The notes: a model not told the origin generated them from the letters alone. Positions 30,706 to 40,834 are shown, counted from the first letter of the stretch. The stretch is 64,000 nt of DNA from an uncultured delta proteobacterium (GCA_963796685.1 CAWCMR010000025.1:960001-1024000); one strand, 5' to 3'. Made by a program: numbers and translations.

Positions 30706-32320
30706 CCCGGGCAGACCTTGATCGTCTTCGTCGCCGTGTGCTTCGGCATCCGTCGGAGGGGCAAGCGTCGTCTGACCGCGCACAACCAGCGCCACCCATG
30801 CGCGCGGCCATCCTATCCCGAACCCTCCGCCTGCGCCGCACAAGCCCGAGCACGCCGAGAATATACAGCGGGACGCCGATCGACGCAGGTCCGGAGTATC
30901 CGCCGAGGCTGCACGAGCAACCGGGAACCTGCGGTGCAAAGCCACAACTGGAATCGGCATCGAGGCCGCTGGACCCACCACTCCCCAATCCGCCGTCGAT
31001 CGATGAAGTGAAGCGGATCCAGTTCAGCCTGAAAAGGTTCCCCGTTCCGCCTTTGAAGACGAGGAAGACATCGTGAATGCCCGCGACGGCACCACTCAGT
31101 CCGGTAGCAACGGTCGTCCACGTCTCGTCGCCAGCGGCGACATCACACGTCCCGACCAGGTTGCCGTTGACGCTGTCCATTCGGATCTCGATGCTACTTC
31201 CGCCTGAGCTTGCGGATACCCGCACCTGAAACGAATCGGCTCCGGTCCCCAGATCGACCTGCTGGAACTTCAGCCAACTATCGCTCGTGATGGTGGTGAC
31301 GTCGAAGCCGTTCCCCGCATCGGTGCAGTCTTCGTAAGAGATGCCGGGCGATTTGTCGAAGTAGTTCTCGGCCTCGATCTGCTTGTTTCCATCGTAGCGC
31401 CCCACACCGTAGTCGGTCGGATACACCCTGGGAATGTCGCCGTCGTCCGTGTAGTGAATGAGCTCGAGTTTCGTCTTACGATAGAAGTCGGTAGGGTAAA
31501 GATCGTGGTAAGCGACGTACCACTGTCCGTTGAATTGAAACACGCTACCGTGCTCGTTGCCGAACTTGCAGTGCCCGATGATTGTCCCCCTATACGTATA
31601 GGGCCCCTTGAGCGAGCTGGCGACGCCATAATCAAGAGTGTCACGACAGGTGGAGCCGCATCTCGAATACAGCAGGTAGTATTTACTGCCGTACTTCCAG
31701 GCAAATGGCCCCTCCATGTATCCTTCTGACCCCGAGATCGTAATCTTCTGGGGTGAGGTCTTGAACGACTTCATGTCATCGTTCAGTTGGGCAATGTAGC
31801 AGCCGCCATTGCCCCAGATGAGATAGCGCGAGCCATCGCTGTCCTGGATCGCCATCGGATCGATGTTGTAGATCGGTGCCGTGGAGCTGTCGACCAGCGC
31901 CTTTCCGAGGATGTCGGTGAACGGGCCCGCCGCCGAGGCACCTGAGGCCACGCCAATGGTGCCGTCGCCGAGCGGGAAGTAGAAGTAGTACTGGCCGTTG
32001 TAGAAAATGGCATCTGGCGCAAAGTCCCTATCGGTCACGCCGCGCCAAGGGAGTGCGTTGTCATCGAGCACGACGCCATGGTCTGTCCAGGTCACGAGAT
32101 CGGCGCTGGAAAACACCTTCCAGTCCTTCATGACCCAGGTCGTGTTGCTGGGGGAAAAGTCGTGCGAGCCATAGATATACGCCCGACCGCCGAAAACTTT
32201 CACCGACGGATCGGCGGAACCCTGATCGATAATCGGGTTTTGCGCCCGGGCGTCCATCGGCGTGACGAGGACGATTCCCAGCGTGGCGGTCACCAACCAC
32301 TCTCTACGACTATCGTGCAT
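30650..32320 (-). CDS. GH43 glycosidase + CBM6 with MYXO-CTERM-like tail
   Basis: ADPS, FAPD, NIDP, YMEGP, EHGS; IEAENY..WLKFQQVDLG..HDVFLVF..LNWIRF; GCSCSL..LVRRRRR. Confidence 0.9.
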   Translation of the reverse strand: MHDSRREWLVTATLGIVLVTPMDARAQNPIIDQGSADPSVKVFGGRAYIYGSHDFSPSNTTWVMKDWKVFSSADLVTWTDHGVVLDDNALPWRGVTDRDFAPDAIFYNGQYYFYFPLGDGTIGVASGASAAGPFTDILGKALVDSSTAPIYNIDPMAIQDSDGSRYLIWGNGGCYIAQLNDDMKSFKTSPQKITISGSEGYMEGPFAWKYGSKYYLLYSRCGSTCRDTLDYGVASSLKGPYTYRGTIIGHCKFGNEHGSVFQFNGQWYVAYHDLYPTDFYRKTKLELIHYTDDGDIPRVYPTDYGVGRYDGNKQIEAENYFDKSPGISYEDCTDAGNGFDVTTITSDSWLKFQQVDLGTGADSFQVRVSASSGGSSIEIRMDSVNGNLVGTCDVAAGDETWTTVATGLSGAVAGIHDVFLVFKGGTGNLFRLNWIRFTSSIDGGLGSGGSSGLDADSSCGFAPQVPGCSCSLGGYSGPASIGVPLYILGVLGLVRRRRRVRDRMAARMGGAGCARSDDACPSDGCRSTRRRRRSRSARVRIASVSAGLAATAKPQA

Positions 32321-32421
32321 CGATCAGGACACAAATTGCATTTTGTACGACATGCGCATTTTCCTTGACTGCGAATTGAACGGCAACAAGGAAATCGAGG
32401 AGACTTCCCGAGGAAGCAAGA

Positions 32422-32808
32422 CTACAGGTAGCGACCGGTGATTCTTAGACCAGGCACTCGCTCGAAGTGCTCCGTGTTGCGGGTCAGGAGCACACCGCCG
32501 TTGGCCAAACAGACGCCGGCGATGAGGTAGTCCGCCGTCCCGATGCCCTGTCCTTCCCTTTCGAGCGCACGCCGCGCTTCTGCCGCCCGTTCGCTCGCCG
32601 CCGCGGAAACAGCGAGCACCGTTAGTGCCGCGAGCAGGCGCGATACCTTCTCCTGCTCCGCAGCGCCCTTCGCGCCGCTCAGCAGCTCGAAACTGTTGAT
32701 GGCAGTCGTGGCCAGGTGACCGGTTTCGATCTCCAGCCTGATTCGCCCAGCCCAGGGTGCGTGGCCACGCAGATAGTCGATGAGGACATCAGAATCGGCA
32801 ACCATCAT
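32422..32808 (-). CDS. vapC: PIN-domain toxin (VapC family)
   Basis: VADSDVLIDYL; FELL; TADYLIAG; LLTRNTEHF. Confidence 0.9.
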   Translation of the reverse strand: MMVADSDVLIDYLRGHAPWAGRIRLEIETGHLATTAINSFELLSGAKGAAEQEKVSRLLAALTVLAVSAAASERAAEARRALEREGQGIGTADYLIAGVCLANGGVLLTRNTEHFERVPGLRITGRYL

Positions 32809-33044
32809 CGCCAAGTGCTCCGGATGCGCACCACCGACGCGAGCAACTCGTCCGCCTCCTTGGCCCCCATGGACCCCTCAAGCGCGAGCGCCGCCTTCGT
32901 GCGAACCTCCCGCGAATCGTCCTCGGCCAACAACCGGTCAACGGCCTCCTGAACCAAACGAGAAAACCCCTTCTCTCCGCGCCGGGCGGCGAGCTCGAGC
33001 AAACGCGCCCGCTGCACATCGGGGATTTCTACCGTCGTTCTCAT
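32805..33044 (-). CDS. vapB: Ribbon-helix-helix antitoxin (VapB-like)
   Basis: MRTTVEIPD..LLELAARRG...SRLVQEAV; ATGA overlap with vapC. Confidence 0.8.
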   Translation of the reverse strand: MRTTVEIPDVQRARLLELAARRGEKGFSRLVQEAVDRLLAEDDSREVRTKAALALEGSMGAKEADELLASVVRIRSTWR

Positions 33045-33059
33045 GCTCTTGAGCATTCC

Positions 33060-33080
33060 ATACATGCATGTGCATGTCTA
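33060..33080. promoter_or_regulatory. Probable vapBC operator
   Basis: Palindrome ACATGCATGT at 33062-33071 within tandem CATG units, in an AT-rich stretch upstream of vapB. Confidence 0.45.
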
Positions 33081-33305
33081 TAGAAAACAGCAATACTTAC
33101 AGCATATTATGTCAATGTAGCGCCGATTCCTGGAGCGACAGGTCAATACCAAGTGCTGTACCGCCTGCGAACCGCGACCTCTCGACGGCGGCACGGGTTG
33201 CGCGCCGTCGGTATGCACCTCGGTGGCCCCCTCGAGCGCTAGGACCGGCGTCTGTCCGCAAACCGGCGAGCGCGGCAAGGCATCGAATTGCGGGGGCTGC
33301 GATTC

Positions 33306-36227
33306 CTATCGGCTTCCGCCGTCCAGGCTGACGCTGCCGCCCGCGCCGCCGCCCTCCGGCGCGCTTCCGCCGGCCCCGCCGCTCGAGGCCACGATGGCGG
33401 AATGGCAGTTGATGTCGCAGATCTGGCCCGCCAGCCCGTTGGCCGCGCCCAGGTCACAGGTCTCGCCGAGCGATGGGTCCACGAAACCATCCCCGCAGAA
33501 GTGCGGTTTCAGGCAGCCGAGGGTGCATCCGTCGGTTCCCAGGATGGTGTCGCCGTTGAGCTTGCCAAGGTCGCACTGTTCGCTTGGGTCTTTGCGGCCG
33601 TCGCCGCAGTAAGGCCCAAAAGTGCATAGGGTGTTGCAGCCGCCGTAGGTGGCATCGTTGTTGGGACCAAGACACCCGGCCGGAAGCGGCCCCGTTCCGT
33701 CGCCGCAGTCGCATTGCTCGTTCACGGCGACGAGACCATCGCCGCAGCGAGGTCGGCAGTCGGATCGCTTGGCGATCGGCCCGGTGAGCGTGATCTGGAG
33801 GTCCGACACCGGCGGATGCCGGTTGGCGCCGAAGATGGCAAGCTCATAGACCTTACCCGTGGTAAGGCCGAGCGGAACGGTGCGCACCCGGAAATCGTCA
33901 GGCGTCGCGGCACCTGGGCTCGTCGTACTGGCAGGCGCGCATGCCTTCGACCCCACGGTGGTGCCCGAGATGTTTCCAGCCGTATCGAGACAGCCGCCTT
34001 CGGTGACCTGGGCATCGCCTGGGTTGCCGCTGACCGTGACTTTGCCGGGCAACAAGGTGTGGGTGCCGCCCAAGTCGAGGACCAGGATTCCGTTGATGAA
34101 AACAAAGAGATCGTCGCCGCCGAGAACACCGAGGCTCATGCCGGCGGCCCCGTCGTACACGAAGTTGTGGCGGGCTTCCTCGGTAAAATAGAAGTCGTGC
34201 TTGATACCAGGCACCGCCGTGACCCAACAGCCGTCGGCCACTGCATCCCCGGCAACACAGTCGGACTGGGTCACGCGGGGCGAATAGAGATATTGATCTC
34301 CCGTGCAAGTGCTCCAGATCGGATTTCCATCGTAGCGATTCCAGTAGGGGGTCAAATTGCACAGCGTGGCCTGGCTGGCATCGAGCGTGTCGAGGGGAAA
34401 GAAACCGCCGGCGGCGAGGTGAGACTTGCTGGCATATTGGTAAAGGTTGGTGCCGATCGCGGGCAATTCGAGAGCGGCGGGGAAGGTCTTGTTGACCGTG
34501 CTGTCGTCATTGAACCATTGGTCGAAGCTGGCGGCGTTCTTGTACGCGGGCACGGTTCCATTCCAGAGCGGAATGGAAGGGCTGCCGGCGGACAGAATGG
34601 CATCGCTCCTGAAGCCGCCATTGCCATCAGACAAAGGGCTGTCATTGGCGGCCTCGGTGTAGCCACCTTGAATGCGGCTGGAATTGCCGATGTTCCAGTC
34701 GCTGAGCTGGCACGCGCAGGTCATCGTCGAGCCGGGTTGCGGTTTGCCATTCGAGAGGGTCGGTCCCACGATACCCCAGCAGCGCGCGGTCGAATCGCCG
34801 CCCTTGGCCGGCCCGCCGGATTCGGGAACACACCAAGTCGTGGGGGCCCTGGCGCCACCTGCCCTGGTGCCGAGAAAGAAGAAATCCGGGTGTCCGCCCG
34901 ATGCCGCATTTTCGGGCTGGAAGTCTCGGTAGATGACGGGCAACTCGAGACATTGGCCCGAACCCGATTGGCACGTCGAGAAAACCAGTGAGGTTGTCAC
35001 CGAACAGGTGAAGCCATCCTCCACCTTACACGTCGACGAACAGCCATCGCCGTCCACCAAGTTCCCGTCGTCGCAGTCTTCCCCTGGATCCAGATTGTCG
35101 TCGCCACAGGCCGTGGTGCAAGCCTGGGTCTTGCCGCTGCCATCCTTGCACACCGGCTCCTGCGTGCAGGTCCTGGAGCAGCCTTTGCCATCGCCGTAGA
35201 ACAAGCCATTGATGGATTTGCAGCCACTCGGAAGGTTCATCGGGTCGAGCCCACAGTCACACTGTTCACCGGTTTCGAGCTTGCCATTGCCGCAGAGTGA
35301 CATGGTGCAGTCCTTGCCCGGCGTGAGGCATTGGTCCCCGGGCTCCACATGGCAGGTGCTGGAACACCCATCTCCGCTGGTCGAGTTGCCATCGTCGCAG
35401 GCTTCCGAGCCGATCACCTTGCCATCCCCACAAAGCGGCGAGCAGCTTCTCCCCGGCACGCGACACTCATAGCCGGCTTCAATGGCCTGGCAACCGGCGG
35501 AGCAGCCGTCGCCAGAGACGGTGTTGCCGTCATCGCAAGTCTCCGGCCAGACCAACACGCCATCACCACACCCGAGGAGGTGGAGGCACCTTTCTCCAAG
35601 CACCGGACATGCCCATCCGTCCTCGACCTGACAGCTCGAAGTGCAACCGTCGCCCGAAACCCTGTTGGCATCGTCACATGCTTCGCCTGGATCGAGCCGC
35701 CCGTTTCCACACAACGCCGGGTCCAGCTTGGCGTCGAACCTGGGGCCAGCATCGGCCTGCGTCGTTCCGCCGCCTGCACCGTCGGCCTTGACGCCGCCCG
35801 AGCCACCCGTGCCGGTCGCAGCCCCGTCCATACGTGTGCCGCCCGAGCCAAGTCCGCCCACATCGGGGTTTCCATCGACCCTAGCATCGAGATGACTTCC
35901 GCCTGCTCCCCCGTTACCGGCGGTGTTTGTTCCGGCGGCTCCAGCGTCGCCGCTGCCGCCAGCACCTCCCGCACCGCCAGACCCGGTCGTGGCCGCGGGA
36001 GAGCCGCCTGTGCCCCCTGTGGCGGAGCCGGCGCTGCCAAGGTCAGCCCGTCCGTCCGTGGAAGATCCCCCGGTCGTCCCGGAGTCGCTCATGGTGGGCC
36101 CATGTGGGAGGCCTTTGCTGGACGAGCAAGCCACCCCGGCCAAGACGACAAAGCCGGCAAGGACGAGTGTGGCGAGCCTGGGCAGACGATGGCGCAGGCT
36201 GCGTGCGCGGTGGTCGAGTGAGAGCAT
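33306..36227 (-). CDS. DUF4215 (Myxococcus cysteine-rich repeat) + fibro-slime domain lipoprotein
   Basis: Lipobox GVAC; CGNG..EACDDxN..GDGCS repeats; YRDF..HPDF; DDLFVFING.LVLDLGGTH. Confidence 0.9.
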   Translation of the reverse strand: MLSLDHRARSLRHRLPRLATLVLAGFVVLAGVACSSSKGLPHGPTMSDSGTTGGSSTDGRADLGSAGSATGGTGGSPAATTGSGGAGGAGGSGDAGAAGTNTAGNGGAGGSHLDARVDGNPDVGGLGSGGTRMDGAATGTGGSGGVKADGAGGGTTQADAGPRFDAKLDPALCGNGRLDPGEACDDANRVSGDGCTSSCQVEDGWACPVLGERCLHLLGCGDGVLVWPETCDDGNTVSGDGCSAGCQAIEAGYECRVPGRSCSPLCGDGKVIGSEACDDGNSTSGDGCSSTCHVEPGDQCLTPGKDCTMSLCGNGKLETGEQCDCGLDPMNLPSGCKSINGLFYGDGKGCSRTCTQEPVCKDGSGKTQACTTACGDDNLDPGEDCDDGNLVDGDGCSSTCKVEDGFTCSVTTSLVFSTCQSGSGQCLELPVIYRDFQPENAASGGHPDFFFLGTRAGGARAPTTWCVPESGGPAKGGDSTARCWGIVGPTLSNGKPQPGSTMTCACQLSDWNIGNSSRIQGGYTEAANDSPLSDGNGGFRSDAILSAGSPSIPLWNGTVPAYKNAASFDQWFNDDSTVNKTFPAALELPAIGTNLYQYASKSHLAAGGFFPLDTLDASQATLCNLTPYWNRYDGNPIWSTCTGDQYLYSPRVTQSDCVAGDAVADGCWVTAVPGIKHDFYFTEEARHNFVYDGAAGMSLGVLGGDDLFVFINGILVLDLGGTHTLLPGKVTVSGNPGDAQVTEGGCLDTAGNISGTTVGSKACAPASTTSPGAATPDDFRVRTVPLGLTTGKVYELAIFGANRHPPVSDLQITLTGPIAKRSDCRPRCGDGLVAVNEQCDCGDGTGPLPAGCLGPNNDATYGGCNTLCTFGPYCGDGRKDPSEQCDLGKLNGDTILGTDGCTLGCLKPHFCGDGFVDPSLGETCDLGAANGLAGQICDINCHSAIVASSGGAGGSAPEGGGAGGSVSLDGGSR

Positions 36228-36374
36228 CAGGGCGGTAGCGATGGACTGGGCGCACATTGTCGTATTGGACCCGCAATCGGGCCCAATCGCAATGGTTTCT
36301 AGGCTGTGCGCTCGATCGCAGCGCGGGCTCGACTTCGTCGCGATCGTGGCGGACAATGGAAGGCGGGTGAAAGG

Positions 36375-36833
36375 ATGAACGTCATGACCAGACGTGGGGT
36401 TGCGTTTGCCATGTTGCTCGGGCTGTTCTTGCCGTCATCGGCGTGGGCCGTTTTCCAGGGTGGCGCGTGTCGGACTGGCGCCCACCCTCACAAGCACAGC
36501 GCGGGCATCACGCTGCTGTGCTGGGGTTCCCAAGACCCGCGGCAAGACTGCGGCGAGGATCCCTGGCAGCTCGATTCCCGGGTTTCGTCCAGCGACGCAT
36601 TCTCGGATCCCTGGCAGGACAGCGCGGATCCTTGGCAGCCCTTTGCGGCTGCACCCAGTGCCAGACCACCGGCCCGAGCGCGGCCAGCCAGCGCTCCAGA
36701 CCCGTGGCAGACGATGCAGGTGCGGGTGGTGAGGACATCCAGGGTTGCCGCTGTCCGCGATTCCGGCGAGGATCCCTGGCAGCCGGTATTCGCGGATCCT
36801 TGGCAGGACAGCCTCGAAGAGCCCCGGCCGTAG
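36375..36833 (+). CDS. Secreted low-complexity protein with DPWQ repeats
   Basis: Signal peptide ending AWA; six DPWQ and one DPRQ with synonymous codon variation. Confidence 0.7.
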   Translation: MNVMTRRGVAFAMLLGLFLPSSAWAVFQGGACRTGAHPHKHSAGITLLCWGSQDPRQDCGEDPWQLDSRVSSSDAFSDPWQDSADPWQPFAAAPSARPPARARPASAPDPWQTMQVRVVRTSRVAAVRDSGEDPWQPVFADPWQDSLEEPRP

Positions 36834-36955
36834 CAACAGTCTACACGCTGCATCCGACCATGGCGTCGCCGTGGGCACGCCCGAAGGAGCGGCCCGTCGT
36901 AAATCTCCGCGCTATGGGACCTTGTTCGAAGCCATAGACAGCGTAGCTTTTCACG

Positions 36956-39391
36956 ATGCGCCCTCCGCCGCGGGCCGCCCGCACCTGCGCGTTCCTCTTT
37001 CGCCACGCGAGCGGGATAGTCATCGCCAGCCTCGTGCTCGGGCTCGTCGCGTCGGCGTTCGCGTCGCGCCTCGAGCTCAAGACCGACTTCGCCGAGCTTC
37101 TGCCCAGCAACGACCCGGGGGTGATCGCGCTCGAGAAGACCCAGCGGCGAATGGGAGACATCGCGCTGCTGTTCATCGGTGTCCATTCGCAGGATGCCAA
37201 GGCGAATCTGCGCTACGCGCGCATGCTGACCGATGCCCTGCGGCGCCTTCCCGCGGACCTCGTGTCGTTGGCCACGGACAATGTACGGGACATCGAGGGT
37301 TTCTTCAGCAAACACAAGTGGCTCTACGCCGGGATGGGCGACCTCGAGACCTTGCGCGACCGCTTGCGCAAGGAAGTCGCACGGCATGAGAACCCCTTCT
37401 TGCTCGACCTCTCCCAGGCGCCCGAGGAATCGCTCGAAGCCTTGCGCAAACACCTGACGGAAGGGCACGATCCCGTGGACCAGCGGTTCCCGAACGGTGT
37501 CCTGGGCAGCACAGACGGACACTACGTCTGGGTGGCGGCCCTATCGCCGGCGGGAGTTTTCGCCGAGCATGGGGGTGAGCGTCTGTACGCCGCCGCCCAA
37601 CACCTGATCGAAGATCATCCCCCCCGTGACTACGACCCGGCCATGACGGCCTACGTGGGTGGCCCGCTGGCAACCGCCATCGCGAGCCGCCGGGCTATCG
37701 AGCACGACATCGTCTGGGTGGCGGTCGTGTGCCTGGTAATCGTCGGACTCTCCGTCTGGGCCTTCTTCGGCAGGCTCCGCGCGCTGCCGCTGATTGCGAC
37801 CCCGGCGGTCATCGGCACGGTGATGGCGTTTGCCGTGGCCGACCTGGTCTTCGGCTACCTGAGCTCCTCCACGGCCTTTCTCGGCAGCATCATTCTCGGC
37901 AACGGGATCAACCACGCCATCATCTTGATGGCGCGCTACCAGGAGCGACTGGCCGCAGGCGACACCCCCTCGACGGCGATGGAAGAGGCCATCGCCGGCA
38001 CCGCCCGCGGAACCGGCGTGGCCGCGATTTGTGCCTCGGCGGCCTATGGCACGCTGATGGTGACCACCTTCCGGGGCTTCTACCAGTTCGGCGTGATGGC
38101 CGCCGTCGGAGTGCTGTTTTGCTGGCTCCTCACCTTCACCCTCCTGCCGGCCCTCTTCTTCCTCATGGACCGCGGCAGGACCGGGAAATCGCGAGCATCC
38201 GTGCGCCCGCCGCTCCGGTTATCGTTTCTCGGCCGCTGGCTCGGCCGACACGCTGGCGCCGGCGCGAGCGGGGCGGCGCTGCTCACCGTGCTTGCCGTCG
38301 TGGGCACGCTCCACTTCGCCCACGCTCCCTTCGAGTACGACTTCCGCAAGCTCAATGCAAACCTGCAAAGCACCGCGAGTGCGCAGGCGTTCAACCGAAG
38401 CATGGAAGACCTCTTCGACCGCTGGCCCTCCCCCATCTTCGTGCTGGCCGACCGCCGCGACGAAGTCGAAGACATCCGTGACGCCATCTGGAGGCAAGAT
38501 CGGACCGAGCATGTCATCGGTCGCGTCGTCACCATCAACGACGTGCTGCCGGGCACCCCTGCCGAGCAGGCGCACAAGCTCGTCCTGCTACGCGAGATCC
38601 GCCATTTGACCCATCTCTCGGTGGTGAAGGCGCTGGGCGGCCATGAGCGCGACGCAATCGCCCAGATCGACATTCCCGAGCACCTGCGCGTGCTCACGCC
38701 CGAGGACTTGCCACCGTTGGCGCGACGCCCCTTCACCGAAGTGAACGGAGCCATCGGCCGCGTCGTGCTCGTGTACCCCACGACCAAGAACCTCTCGGTC
38801 TGGAACGGACGCGATCTCCTTCGCATCGCCGCCGTCCTTGAATATCTGCACCTCCCTAGCGAGCACGGGACCATCGTGACCTCGGGCGGAGCGGTGGTCT
38901 TCGCGGCAATGATTCGCTCGATTCTGCACGATGGTCCACGGGCCACGGGAGCATCCCTCGCCGCCGTCCTGTTGCTTTCCGTTCTGCTCATGCGACCGCG
39001 CGCTGCCGCGCTGTCCGCCATCGGCACGCTCATCCTGGGCGTGCTGTGGATGGTGGGCATCGCCGGCCTGATCGGGGTGAAGATCACCTTCATCAACTTC
39101 ATCGCCCTGCCCATCACCTTCGGGATCGGCGCCGAGTACGGGCTCAACCTCGCGCAACGCTACCGGTGGTCGGACGACATGGCGCAGGCCATCGGAGCGA
39201 CCGGAGCCGCGGTCGCGCTGTGCTCGTGGACCACCATCGTCGGCTACGCGTCCCTGCTGGCGGCGAGCAACCGGGCCTTGCGCGGCTTCGGGATGATGGC
39301 CGTCCTGGGCGAGATCTGCTGTCTCGCCGCCGCTCTGCTCGCCTGGCCCGCAGTCATCCTCTACTGGAAACGAAAGCGCAGGCCACCGTAG
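36956..39391 (+). CDS. MMPL/RND-family transporter
   Basis: LKTDFAELLP; two TM bundles; SIILGNGINHAI; ITFGIGAEYG. Confidence 0.9.
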   Translation: MRPPPRAARTCAFLFRHASGIVIASLVLGLVASAFASRLELKTDFAELLPSNDPGVIALEKTQRRMGDIALLFIGVHSQDAKANLRYARMLTDALRRLPADLVSLATDNVRDIEGFFSKHKWLYAGMGDLETLRDRLRKEVARHENPFLLDLSQAPEESLEALRKHLTEGHDPVDQRFPNGVLGSTDGHYVWVAALSPAGVFAEHGGERLYAAAQHLIEDHPPRDYDPAMTAYVGGPLATAIASRRAIEHDIVWVAVVCLVIVGLSVWAFFGRLRALPLIATPAVIGTVMAFAVADLVFGYLSSSTAFLGSIILGNGINHAIILMARYQERLAAGDTPSTAMEEAIAGTARGTGVAAICASAAYGTLMVTTFRGFYQFGVMAAVGVLFCWLLTFTLLPALFFLMDRGRTGKSRASVRPPLRLSFLGRWLGRHAGAGASGAALLTVLAVVGTLHFAHAPFEYDFRKLNANLQSTASAQAFNRSMEDLFDRWPSPIFVLADRRDEVEDIRDAIWRQDRTEHVIGRVVTINDVLPGTPAEQAHKLVLLREIRHLTHLSVVKALGGHERDAIAQIDIPEHLRVLTPEDLPPLARRPFTEVNGAIGRVVLVYPTTKNLSVWNGRDLLRIAAVLEYLHLPSEHGTIVTSGGAVVFAAMIRSILHDGPRATGASLAAVLLLSVLLMRPRAAALSAIGTLILGVLWMVGIAGLIGVKITFINFIALPITFGIGAEYGLNLAQRYRWSDDMAQAIGATGAAVALCSWTTIVGYASLLAASNRALRGFGMMAVLGEICCLAAALLAWPAVILYWKRKRRPP

Positions 39392-39398
39392 GCGTACT

Positions 39399-39686
39399 TC
39401 ATTTAGGCCGACGCGGACGAGGTTCGGCTGTCTCGTCCCCTCCATTTTCGATGAGGGGCACGAAGCGAACGCCACCCAGAGAATCGTGCCGGAAATCGTC
39501 CTGCCCTTCTCGCGTCACCCGGATCAGCTCCTGGGAGGTTTCGTCAGGACCGACAGGGATGACCAGCCTCCCTCCCAGTCGGAGCTGGTCAAGAAGTGCC
39601 CGCGGGATCTGCCTCCCGCCGGCCGCAACCGCGATGGCGTCGTAGGGCGCATGCTCCCCCCAGCCGAGCGTTCCGTCGGACCAGCC
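39399..39686 (-). pseudogene. pcm: 3' fragment of protein-L-isoaspartate O-methyltransferase (not in the ORF track)
   Basis: My translation: DGTLGWGEHAPYDAIAVAAG..IPRALLDQLRLGGRLVIPVG...GVRFVPLI; TAG upstream, no start codon. Confidence 0.8.
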
Positions 39687-39724
39687 CTATGGGGCGGGCG
39701 CCCATGTCATCGGACGGGTCGGCC

Positions 39725-40567
39725 TCAACAGTTGCCTTGCCGACGGGAGAGGTTGCTCGCGACTTCCTGCCAGAGCTCGTCCTCGGCGCTATCCATCTCG
39801 ATGGGGGAGTCTTCCAGGTCGCCAGCGCGAAACAGACCGTCCTGCGCCAGGAGCGACTTGGCCGCGGCGATCACGCGGCCGCGCACCCCGGGCAGAAGCG
39901 GCAGCAGCGCTTCCTGACAAAAGATCGCATCCAGCGGCCCGGTCATCGGGAATGGCGGCTGGGCGATATTGAGACGGCGGAACACCACGCGCGACCTCAC
40001 CTCCTTACGAATCGCCGAGCCCTCGCTTGTCTCGGTGAAGAAGCGCGCGAGCAGGTCCTCGGACACACTCGATAGTTGAGCCTCGTCGAACACGCCCTTC
40101 CTGCCTCTGTCCAGGGAGCGCGGGGAAGAATCGCTGGCCAGCACCTTCCAGTCCACCAGCGCGTGTGACAGTCGTGCATCCTCGATGGCTTGGAGGATCG
40201 TGAGGGCCATGGCGTACGGCTCCTCGCCCGAACCGCAGCCCGCGGACCACAATCGAAATCGCCGACGGCCAGCCGCCAGCCAGAGGCCAAGCCGTGCGCG
40301 AAGAAGGGCGAAATCGGCCTGATGTGCAAAAAGACGCGCTGGCCTAGGACGCATGACCTCGAGGAAGTCGGCGATCTCCTCGCAGCTTTGGTCTTCCTCC
40401 AGGCGACTCAGGTAGGCCTCCAACGGTAGTTGGAGAACCTTGAGTCGTTTGGCGACCCTACCCGCGACCAATGCCTGCACTCTGGCATCCATGCCGACCC
40501 CAAGACGACGAGTCGCGATGTGGCAGAAATGCCGCACGACTTCTACGGGAACAGCTTCATCGAGCAT
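39725..40567 (-). CDS. cheR: Orphan CheR-like methyltransferase (divergent)
   Basis: RLWSAGCGSGEEPYAMA; KVLASD; VVFRRLNI; DAIFC. Confidence 0.8.
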   Translation of the reverse strand: MLDEAVPVEVVRHFCHIATRRLGVGMDARVQALVAGRVAKRLKVLQLPLEAYLSRLEEDQSCEEIADFLEVMRPRPARLFAHQADFALLRARLGLWLAAGRRRFRLWSAGCGSGEEPYAMALTILQAIEDARLSHALVDWKVLASDSSPRSLDRGRKGVFDEAQLSSVSEDLLARFFTETSEGSAIRKEVRSRVVFRRLNIAQPPFPMTGPLDAIFCQEALLPLLPGVRGRVIAAAKSLLAQDGLFRAGDLEDSPIEMDSAEDELWQEVASNLSRRQGNC

Positions 40568-40834
40568 CAACAACCTCGGGAAAAGGGTACGGGTCTCTTC
40601 TCCCCCACGCGATGACATCTGACAAGGGCGGATTGCATTTGCCCATCGCAAGCATGACCTTCGGCTGGGGGCCGTGGTCGCGGGTCGCCCTGAACAAGGT
40701 CGACCAAGACGAGCCGGCAGTGCCCAAGCGCGCAAAGGTGACTTGCGCGCAATATCGAAAGACGTGAAGAAATAGCATCGGGGACTCCCGGTCGTTACCG
40801 GACTGTTGCACAATAGGGGTAAGGGAGCTCCGCA

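Noticed and set aside
30706-30780. LIVFVAVCFGIRRRGKRR, possible vestige of another sorting-signal tail
   Set aside because: Too short to support; overlaps the GH43 3' extension
36555-36810. GGATCCYTGGCAG as a DNA-level repeat or mini-CRISPR
   Set aside because: Irregular spacing, all in one frame, with synonymous variation; explained by the DPWQ peptide
39684-39724. Amber (TAG) readthrough to explain truncated genes
   Set aside because: Codons upstream of the TAG (MTWAPAP) do not continue Pcm homology, and cheR lies 35 bp away
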